From Octopus sinensis (taxonomy: Eukaryota): 64,000 nt of DNA. The notes beneath the pieces are model-generated. The model worked only from the letters and a program-made list of their open reading frames with translations, was not told where the DNA came from and ran no database searches. Shown here in pieces: positions 53,729 through 64,000 of the stretch. Both the position numbers and the translations under genes were made by a program. The stretch lies in assembly GCF_006345805.1 (NCBI RefSeq), contig NC_042997.1, positions 37,696,001 through 37,760,000 on the forward strand, read 5' to 3'. How positions within the stretch are numbered: the stretch's first letter is position 1; the number at the start of each line of letters is the position of its first letter.

Positions 53729-54673
53729 TGTATGTATGTATGTATGTATGTATGTATTATGTATGTACGTACGTATGTATGTATGTATGCATGCATGTAT
53801 GTATTAGTCAGATGTTTGATAGTCGAAAGGGCCTAAGACGAAACCTACAACATTAATGACTAGCAAAATAAAGGAGACAAGAAGGTAGTGATATGATTAA
53901 ACAATCTTGTACTAATCAATATATACATCAAAGGTAACTAACGCAAACGAAGTAAGGGAAATCTGATACAACTACTTGTAATAGTAATTTAAAGTCCGGT
54001 ATTAATATGAAACCCAAAGAGAAACTAACGAATAGTAATAGCGTTACTACTTTTTTCCGATAATGTTGAGAGCCTTTGTAAATAATGCGCCTAGACACGT
54101 TATCACGCCGTGCAAAGTGCTTAGCAGTATTTCGTCTGTCGTTACGTTCTGAGTTCAAATTCCGCCGAGGTTGACTTTGCCTTTCATCCTTTCGGGGTCG
54201 ATAAATAAAGTACCAGTTTCGCACTGGGGGCGATATATTCGACCCAATCCCTTCGTCTGTCATTGTTTGTCCCCTCTATGTTTAGCCCCTTGTGGGCAGT
54301 AAAGAAATATATAACAATGAAAGGGAACGAATAACAACAATCATTCTGGGCTTGAGCATACAGAAATATGTTCTTTTGACAATTCTTCTAAAGACTTGTC
54401 ACTGTGGTAAGAAGTTTGCTTTCCAGCCTCATGGTTCTTCCTCCAAAAAATCTTTCTCTTAAAATCTTCAAGGTGGTGCCCCAGCACGGCCGCAGTCTAA
54501 TGCCAAACGAATATCTGACCAGCGCGCAGTNNNNNNNNNNNNNNNNNNNNNNNNNNNNNNNNNNNNNNNNNNNNNNNNNNNNNNNNNNNNNNNNNNNNNN
54601 NNNNNNNNNNNNNNNNNNNNNNNNNNNNNNATGTATGTATGTATGTATGTATGTATGTATGTATGTATGTATG

Positions 54674-54707
<34 letters not shown>

Positions 54708-55500
54708 TGTATGTATGTATGTATGTATGTATGTATGTATGTACGTACGTATGTATGTATGTATGCATGCATGTATGTATATAGTCAGATGTTTGTATAG
54801 TCGAAAGGGCTAAGACGAAACCTACCAACATTAATGACTAGCAAAATAAAGGAGACAAGAAGGTAGTGATATGATTAAACAATCTTGTACTAATCAATAT
54901 ATACATCAAAGTAACTAACGCAAACGAAGTAAGGGAAATCTTATACAACTACTTGTAATAGTAATTTAAAGTCCGGTATTAATATGAAACCCAAAGAGAA
55001 ACTAACGAATAGTAATAGCGTTACTACTTTTTTCCGATAATGTTGAGAGCCTTTGTAAATAAGGCGCCTAACACGTTTCACGCCGTGCAAAGTGCTTAGC
55101 AGTATTTCGTCTGTCGTTTACGTTTCTGAGGTCAATTCCGCCGAGGTTGACTTTGCCTTTCATCCTTTCGGGGTCGATAATAAAGTAACCATTTCGCACT
55201 GGGGGCGATATATTCGACCCAATCCCTTCGTCTGTCATTGTTTGTCCCCTCTAGTTTTAGCCCCTTGTGGGCATAAAGAAATATATAACAATGAAGGGAA
55301 CGAATAACAACAATCATTCTGGCTGAGCATACAGAAAATATGTTCTTTTGACAATTCTTCTAAAGACTTGTCACTGTGGTAAGAAGTTGCTTTCAGCCTC
55401 ATGGTTCTTCCTCCAAAAAATCTTTCTCTTAAAATCTTCAAGGTGGTGCCCCAGCACGGCCGCAGTCTAATGCCAAACGAATATCTGACCAGCGCGCAGT
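53690..55500. repeat. ~840-bp near-duplicate spanning the assembly gap (contains SINE B copies at ~54085-54309 and ~55065-55280)
   Basis: 53690-54530 matches 54631-55500; both end in AGCGCGCAGT; the copies differ mostly by 1-bp indels. Confidence 0.9.
54531..54630. other. Assembly gap (100 N)
   Basis: Run of N. Confidence 1.
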
Positions 55501-56681
55501 GCCTTAGGCGAGTCAGTAAAAGGTTTTGTGTCGGTGCGTAACGTTTTCTGCATGCGCTGGAAGAATGGCATCCCCTTCTGCCCAAAAGGTTTTGCCCACG
55601 CAACATTAGTTTTGGCGGGAAAAAATAAAGTCGGATACTTTTGAACGCACCTCGTATCTACCGAAGTACTTCCATCGTAAAAGAAAGAAAATATTTCGGG
55701 CTCTGGCTTTAAAACCTGAGCATATTTAATAAATTTATTGTGAAAATTGTTTTTCTCAACAACACCGAATGTAGCTGATAATACTTAGTCAATAAATCTA
55801 AAATCAAGACATACACTGGGATTAACGCTAATTTCAGGTGAAATACAATCACCCTTCCTTATCTCTATAATTACAGATCTCTCTCTAATTAATCTCTGGC
55901 TAAATTAATTATAGATGTTACTGGAGAGAGGCTTGTACGCCTTGATAGTATGGCCTTATATACTGTCATACGTAGTATTTATTGCAAACTTGTGATTCCA
56001 TGTAAAATGTTCATGTAATTTCTTATGTAACAAGGCTCATCGGCTTCAGCTGGCGCATTTTATGAGCAATTTACTTACGTGTTAGAGTAGTTAATCTATC
56101 ATGAAACAGCTGGTAGCACTGTGTGAATTCCATTTATCTGGAGAGAGGTAATCCATGTTGGTGATATTTTTCTCCTTACGATCTATGTCTGATTTCCAGC
56201 AGCAGCAGGGTATATGTACGTATATATGTATGTATATATGTATATATATATATCACAATCAAGGAATGGCCATAATAGGCCATTCACCCACTAGAAATAA
56301 CAGCCATATATATACATATATATATATAAGTTTTAAAAAATAAGGGTGAAAAATTGAATATAAATTTAACATCAATTTCAAACCAGTGGTCTAGCATATA
56401 GAAAAATCTGAAGATTCAGTAAAATTATATTACATACATATAAGACGGATGACCACTAAGTGGGCATCCATTATGCTAGAAGTCGAACCCTATCGTCTTA
56501 CCATTATCAAAGGAATGTTCTCAAGAATATTTAGCAAACGCCAGAACGTAAGCGTGCACGACAAATGAAAAGGCTATTCAATTTTTAATGACCACTACTC
56601 TTTTGCTATATACACTCTACTGTCAGTGTGGGGGGTTTCTCTCTCTGGCTCTCTGTCTCTCTTTCACTCCTTCCCTCTGTT

Positions 56682-56720
<39 letters not shown>

Positions 56721-57099
56721 GAGTGAGAGATAGATAGATAGATAGATTGATAGATCTTCGTACAGTCTTCACTCTTTTATAGCTAGCCATGTCTCTTTCG
56801 AGAAACCTATTCATCTGCCCATCTACATCTCTATCGTTTTGTGACTGTGTATATGTCTCACTATAACATTATCGGGTTATACAGTCTTTCGCTTTACACG
56901 AATATTTCCATCTTCCTTTTCTTTCTTTTTCACGCCGTCACTTTCCAGCTCTCTCTACCCCACTCTCCTTCTCTTTCTCTTTCTCTATCTCTCTTCACTT
57001 CCCTCGTGAATCCACAGACTCATGGCTGGCTTAAATTCATTATTTACGCTTTCCAGCGAAAACCGGAAGGTATATATATATATATATATAATATATATC

Positions 57100-57280
57100 A
57101 GTGAGGACACATGGCCCGGGTAGCGTGTTGCGTTCTTGAGCAAGAAACTTCATCTTAGGTTGCTCTGCAATCAATTCGGCACCTGATGCGTGGCACACCC
57201 TGCACCTGTTCACGAAATGCCGATCTGATGGAACGAGGGAACGTACCACATATATTTGGTCACTATAAACAATTAGTGTG
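57100..57280 (+). mobile_element. CORE-like SINE fragment
   Basis: GTTGCGTTCTTGAGCAAGAAACTTCATCTTAGGTTGCTC, related to 4045-4207. Confidence 0.5.
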
Positions 57281-57339
57281 TAGGTCGTTCCGGCAAAAGC
57301 TCAACCCCATTTACATCGTCTCCGACGGGGGAACTCAGC

Positions 57340-57383
<44 letters not shown>

Positions 57384-57574
57384 ATATGTATGTGTATATG
57401 TAATATATATATATATATAGATATATATGTAATGTGTATATATTATATATATATTATATATATATATTTTTATTTATCTTTTTCAGCTCACCAGCTGTGG
57501 CCATGCTGGGGCACGCCATAATGTATATGTATATATGTATATATACATACACATACATACATATATATATAGAT

Positions 57575-57680
<106 letters not shown>

Positions 57681-58021
57681 TATATACACACCATATATAT
57701 ACAGGGAGAGAGAGAGGTAATTCATTTCGCTTTGTACTTTTTCTCTTCATTGAAAGAGTTGTCTAAAATTATGTTGTTAACCGCAGTATTTAAAATTACT
57801 TTTCCGCAAATATTATTCTTTAGAAGCTCCATTTGCAATTATATGGCTTCATGTAGATTCACTCAACGCACCACATTGGATTAGTGTTTTGTACTAGAAC
57901 CTCGAGCCGACCACTTCCTTGATTGTGAGTTTCGTTGGTCGAAACTGTATGGAAGCCTTCCTTATCTATCTACCGGTCTACATCCATAATATCTACCTAT
58001 CGAGGTATATATATATATATA

Positions 58022-58185
58022 TAGGCGCAGGAGTGGCTCTGTGGTAAGAAGCTTGTTCCCAGCTGCATGGTTCCGGGTTCAGTCCCACTGCGTGGCATCT
58101 TGGGCAAGTGTCCTCTACAATAGCCTCGGGCTGAACACGGTTTCGTGAGTGGATTTGTTAGACGGACACTGAGAGAACCCTGCTA
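58022..58185 (+). mobile_element. SINE family C, 5' part
   Basis: TAGGCGCAGGAGTGGCTCTGTGGTAAG..GGTTCAGTCCCACTGCGTGGCATCTTGGGCAAG. Confidence 0.8.
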
Positions 58186-58609
58186 ACTTACAAGGACGTA
58201 AACAAACCAACATTTGTTAAGCGAGACTACCAATCATATACAGAATCAAATTTTCACATCACACACATAGACGTACATATATATAAAGAAACACACACAT
58301 ACACATGCACACACACACACCACACACATATATAAAGATACTCACCCACATATAGCTAAGAAAAATCAAGTGAAATATAAAAGATACCTTCTAGAACAAG
58401 CAGTTCTCTCAGTTTCCGTCTATCAAAATCTACATGAAACCATATAATTGAAAATAGAGCTTCTCAAAGAACAATATTTGCGCATAAGTAATTTTTAATG
58501 CTGCGTCAACAGTATAATTTTAGACAAATTTTTCAATGAAGAGAAAAAGTACAAAGCGAAATGAATTCTATATATACATGTGTGTGTGTGTGTGTGTATG
58601 CATGTATTC

Positions 58610-58832
58610 ATGCGTGTGTCTGTGCCTGTGTAGTACACTGCCATCGCTTGACAAGTGATACTAGTGTGTTTATGTCACCGTAACCTATCGGTCGGGCTAA
58701 AGGAGCGATTGAATAAGTAGTAGGCTTACAAAGCTTAAGTCCTGATGTCGATTTCTTCGACTAAAGCCCTTTAAGACGGTGCTCCAGTAAGGCCGCAGCT
58801 AAATGAATGAAGCAAGTAAAAGAGTAAAAGAA
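58610..58832 (+). mobile_element. SINE family C, 3' part
   Basis: Ends GACGGTGCTCCAGTAAGGCCGCAGCTAAATGAATGAAGCAAGTAAAAGAGTAAAAG. Confidence 0.75.
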
Positions 58833-59786
58833 TATGTATACATATATATTTTTTCTTAGTTATATGTGTGTATCTTTACAGATATGTGTGTATGTGTATG
58901 TGTGTGCGTCTCTATATATCTGTACGTCAATGAGTGTGACGTGAACTTTTGATTCTGTATATGACTCCTAGCCTCGTTTTACAAGTGCTGGTTTGTTTAC
59001 GTCCTTGTAAGTTAGCGGTCAGTTAGAATGATAAAAAAAAAAACTAGACTTAAACACATATTAAAAAATACTTCGATCTACTAAATCCCTTGAAATCCGT
59101 GGCCCTGCATGATGGCAGTCCAACAGCAAAAATAAGTGATATATAAAAGACCCGTTCTTGACAGAGCAAAGAAATAATTCATATGTGTAATGTATTTATG
59201 GCCGTATCTTATATCCTTTTTTTCCCCTTCTCTTACTGGGGATAAATAAAGATTTACACTTATCTATATCAAGTAAGATTTCATGCTCTTTATTTAATTA
59301 CTGTTTTATATTTTAGTCTGTTTTATATTCTATGTGCCTGCACATGCTTTATTTACTTTATATCTTATGCATGCCGTTATCGAATACTTCTTAGATAATG
59401 CATCTCTCTAACGAATAACACATATTCACAAAGACTCTTTCGTACTGCGATTATGATTGACTCCACTCCATTCACTATCCACCTCACTCTGTGTTAATTC
59501 ACTTTAATAGCATTACACATCTTCGCTTGTCCCCGAATAGATATATTGTCTCTTGACACAAAACTTACATCAGTATGTCGTAATTCTCTTCATAAAGTTT
59601 AACTATCTTTTTCCCTCTCCACCATTATTCGTGTTACATTTCTTTATTTTTGTTTTTATTATTAATTTTTCTTTACCCTTTTATATATCTATATTTTGTC
59701 TCTTTCTCTCGATGCTTCTCTCATTTTCATTATCTTCCTTTCTTACGACCTACCAAATGTTTCCCGCATTGCTGTAATTCATACTG

Positions 59787-59854
<68 letters not shown>

Positions 59855-59877
59855 ATAAGTGCAGCAAAATTTGTATA

Positions 59878-59917
<40 letters not shown>

Positions 59918-60028
59918 TTCAGCAAAATTTATATATATATATACATATATAGATATATATATATATATATATATAATATATATATATATATATACAAAGT
60001 GGAGTTGTGGGTACCACACGAGTGGAAT

Positions 60029-60110
60029 TATATACGAAAGAAGGTTTGAAACTGCAATTTAAAAGATGTATGTTAAACATCTTTTAAATTGCAGTTTCAA
60101 ACCTTCTTTC

Positions 60111-60117
<7 letters not shown>
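60029..60117. repeat. Perfect fold-back palindrome, 41-bp arms, 7-nt spacer
   Basis: 60029-60069 is the reverse complement of 60077-60117; runs into (TA)n. Confidence 0.92.
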
Positions 60118-60173
<56 letters not shown>

Positions 60174-60509
60174 GGTGTGTGTGTGTGTGTGTATGTATAT
60201 TTGTATAATATGTGTGTATGTGTGTATGTATGTATATAGTAAATCCCCAGAGTACGAAGAAAACTCAACACGACAAAACAAAACGTATGGACATGGTAGA
60301 TGTTAAAAATTATCAAACGCTCAGAGAAAGAAGAATGGTGGTTTTACCTGTCGTGAGAAACAGGAGACAGAGGAAAGTCCAAGAGAAAAGGAAGGTGAAG
60401 GGAGAAATCGCCAACGATCAACATGTGGTTACATTTTGAAATATACGCACACACACAAACGCACACACATAGAAAGGGAGAGACAGAGCGCGCGATGTAC
60501 ATACATACG

Positions 60510-60563
<54 letters not shown>

Positions 60564-60629
60564 AACACGTACAAACATACATATATGCATACATGCATGC
60601 ATACGTATATATATATATATATATATATA

Positions 60630-61413
60630 TTTCAACAATTGAAGGTAAAATTAATTAATTATTAATCAATTTCACCAAGTATTCAGTATGTAAAGGGACC
60701 ATTTAAGGTGAATTCAAATTATTACATTATATAAAAGGGCTTAGTAAAATAAATTACTTTGCCACATACTGAACTCATTAGAAATAGCAGCTAAAAATTT
60801 TTTTTTTAAACTATTTCTAATACTTAAAGAAAATCTCTCTCATATAGTGTTTGCTCAAGTCAACTCACGAAAGTATGGGGGTAAAAACATTAAAAAATCA
60901 CAAATGCAAAGGTTATTTGAGAACGTACGTTTCTAGATTAGTCAAATCGACATTTCTTTCGTCAGCTCAGAACTCCTTGATTCGGATTTGGGAACACTGA
61001 AAGTGGGAGCATACCCTTTTGGCTTCTTATCACTTCTGAAGATCTGCTCGAACTGTCAGTGCTAGCAAATTCAAAATATGCAAGCGAAGAATTTCTGCTC
61101 TCCCTTTTCCACCAGCGTGGGTTAAAATTGGTAAACACTATGTTTTATCGGTAAAAACCGAAGCATTAAATAGAGAGAAATGAATTTTAATTTCAACAAT
61201 AGAGGGTAAAATTAATTAATTATTAATCAATTTCACCAAGTATTCAGTATGTAAAGGGACCATTTAAGGCGAATTCAAATTATTACATTATATAAAAGGG
61301 CTTAGTAAAATAAATTACTTTGCCACATACTGAACTCATTAGAAATAGCAGCTATTTCTAATGAGTTCAGTATGTGGCAAAGTAATTTATTTTACTAAGC
61401 CCTTTTATATAAT
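60630..61413 (-). mobile_element. Non-coding PLE-like element: partial tandem repeat (period 561 bp), hammerhead and terminal 63-bp-arm fold-back
   Basis: Direct repeat 60630-60793 / 61191-61354; IR 61287-61349 / 61351-61413 with 1-nt spacer; (TA)n on both flanks. Confidence 0.68.
60916..60971 (-). ncRNA. Type I hammerhead ribozyme motif with palindromic stem III
   Basis: Minus strand TGAG-CTGACGA-A-AGA-AAT-GTC-GATTT-GAC-TAA-TCT-A-GAAA-CGTACGT-T-CTCA: 4-bp stem I, interrupted stem II, self-complementary ACGTACGT, GTT triplet. Confidence 0.7.
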
Positions 61414-61584
61414 ATATATATATATATTATATATATATATAATATATATATATATAGATATATATATATATATTTATATAGATAAATAGATATATAGATA
61501 GATAGATAAATACAGACATACGTACATACATACATACATCTATACATGGATGGGTGGATGGATGGGTGGATTGATGGGTGGATG

Positions 61585-61657
<73 letters not shown>

Positions 61658-62075
61658 GTAAGTAGGTAGCTGGAGTTAAACGCAGGTGTTATTCAAATAT
61701 TTTTACTTCCGACATATGTTTCTTACATTTCACTTCCACTAAATATATCTAATTCCAACACTTTAAGATTTGTTCCTATGCACCTATCACTCTATATCTC
61801 TTCACTATCAGTTTTCTGTTAATTTCTTTCTTTCTCCTCCTTCTCTTTCTATAAACGGCCTTTTACGTTTATAGAACGTAAATCTTGTTGTGAAATGCTC
61901 GAAATACGAGAATAGAAAACCAGACGACAACTGATGAAGGGTCATTCTTTATGTTGGTTAGCTTGTTTATCATTTGGGTCTCTCGTTATTCGAAAAAGCA
62001 GTTCATATTCCATGTACTCGTTCTTCGTATTTTTTTGTTGTAATCGTTTCGTGACGTCCTGTGCCCACATATGCA

Positions 62076-62114
<39 letters not shown>

Positions 62115-62117
62115 TAT

Positions 62118-62148
<31 letters not shown>

Positions 62149-62153
62149 GATAT

Positions 62154-62220
<67 letters not shown>

Positions 62221-62483
62221 TATGTGTGTGTGTGTATGTTTGGTTGTGTATACGTGTGTACGCATGCGAGCATGTGTGTGTACGGAGTCAACCGACGCGT
62301 ATGGACATTAGAGGCATTGTTACCAGCATTATGTGCGAGTTGGTGAAAATACAATGGGCTGCTACTGATGCACTTCCACAACGTATTTCAATATTGTATT
62401 GTTCTGTAGCATATATTGTTAGCGTTACTTATTACTTATGGTTTTACAGACTGTCTTGATTACGATAATAATACGCAAGACCA

Positions 62484-62525
<42 letters not shown>

Positions 62526-62543
62526 GCATAATACATATATATG

Positions 62544-62575
<32 letters not shown>

Positions 62576-64000
62576 AATATATATATATACATATAGATGT
62601 ATACATATATATGTGTATGTATATGCATATATTCATACATATCTGCCTGCACTCAATCACATACACATACACACACACCACATACATATATTTGTGTGTG
62701 TATGTATGTAAATATGAGGGCGAATATATATGTTTACTCCTGTCTTTGTTCAAAAACTACTACGTATATGTATATGCGTAAAAGAAAGGGTGAGAGGGAG
62801 AGATTTAGGAAGGGAGAACACGAGAAAGGATGGGATGAAAAAAACCTGTTTACTGCATTTGTGTTCTACCTATTGCTTGTATTAATATGTATTAAATTGA
62901 AAATACATTTTTAGTATTTTGTTCAATTTTTGCCCATTAACCTGTAGTTGTTGAACATTTATTATCCGATATGTTTATAAAGGAATGCCTATTTTAAAGT
63001 AATTCTCTTTTGGCAAGAAATATAATATTGTATTAAATAAATATTTTTAAAAAAAAAACAGAAAACAAATTGATGCCGATTTCAAATAATACCAAATATG
63101 TATTTAATGTTTTGAAAGCTTTTGAAGATAGTAAAGTATATTAGTGCATTTATGTCGAATATTCTCGTACGAAGTGGAATAAATTCTCCTATATGAACAT
63201 CGATAGTTACTATTTTGCAATTTCGTTAATATTTCATTGTAAGACAGAAAATATAGAAACAAAGAAAGTATCGAGTGACAAATATTTTATTGTATTTCAA
63301 ATAAAATGCGTCAATTTGTTTATATATTAAAAGCGTTAAAGAAAATTGTAAAAGTTCTGTAATTATCTAATCATTAATATGAAATTGGAGATAAGTTTGT
63401 AGTTTGTTTTTTTTTCGGGTGGTTTTCGTTTAAAATTTCTACAATAATTAATTCCACTGTTTTGTTATACAAAGCAATTTCTCAAAACAATGTTTGAATT
63501 TGTATGGCAATGAATATTACTTGCACTATTCAACAGTCTCAAATTTGTATATATTTCCTGAAATTACATTAGCAGAAAGTTAAGAAGGAAACTTTTCAGA
63601 TATACGCTGAGAAAGCATTAAAGAAAGTAGTTTGCTCTACAATTATTCCCATTGTGCATGATTTATTCATGTCTTTAATATATTGTGCAGTTTTCAAGAA
63701 TTGATATAAACTTGTAAAAGTATCAAGCACAAACTTTTAATATACGATGTGTTTGAAATGAAATATCATCTTCTATGAACTAGTATACACATGTATACGA
63801 ATATCATTGTGTGTGAGCGAATGTGGTTTGTTCATGTGTAAAAAGCTCAGCAACCAATCAATTATGGTACATTGCATTCAATCGAAAACTATAGAAATAT
63901 GTCTCTATCTAGAATTTATTTACTTATAAAATATTCATCTCGCAGTAGAAAGAGTCGACCACTCTTTCAATCAAATGCTTCTGTTTATCCTACAAAATGC

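Noticed and set aside
61932-61990. CTGATGA followed by a weak hairpin
   Set aside because: No GAAA after the putative stem II and no stem III or NUH, so it is not a supportable hammerhead

Overview
AT-rich, microsatellite-dense eukaryotic DNA made almost entirely of transposable-element debris and simple repeats. The SINE families and repeat landscape suggest an octopod cephalopod genome (inference, no search run). No host protein-coding gene can be supported, and most listed ORFs are translations of microsatellites. Recognisable elements: a near full-length, frameshifted Penelope-like element (PLE; RT + GIY-YIG, 29047-34850) with ~290-bp direct terminal repeats; a second truncated PLE; Tx1/L1-like, R4/Dong-like and CR1-like LINE fragments; mariner/Tc1 remnants; non-autonomous Helitrons and a PIF1-helicase remnant; and many tRNA-derived SINEs of three families. 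The most interesting signal is a set of hammerhead-ribozyme motifs in five unrelated sequence contexts. Three of them sit in short non-coding elements that end, on the ribozyme-defined 5' side, in a fold-back palindrome next to (TA)n, which suggests non-autonomous PLE/retrozyme-like families. A 100-N gap (54531-54630) is flanked by a probable false duplication, and two other tandem duplications may also be assembly artefacts.
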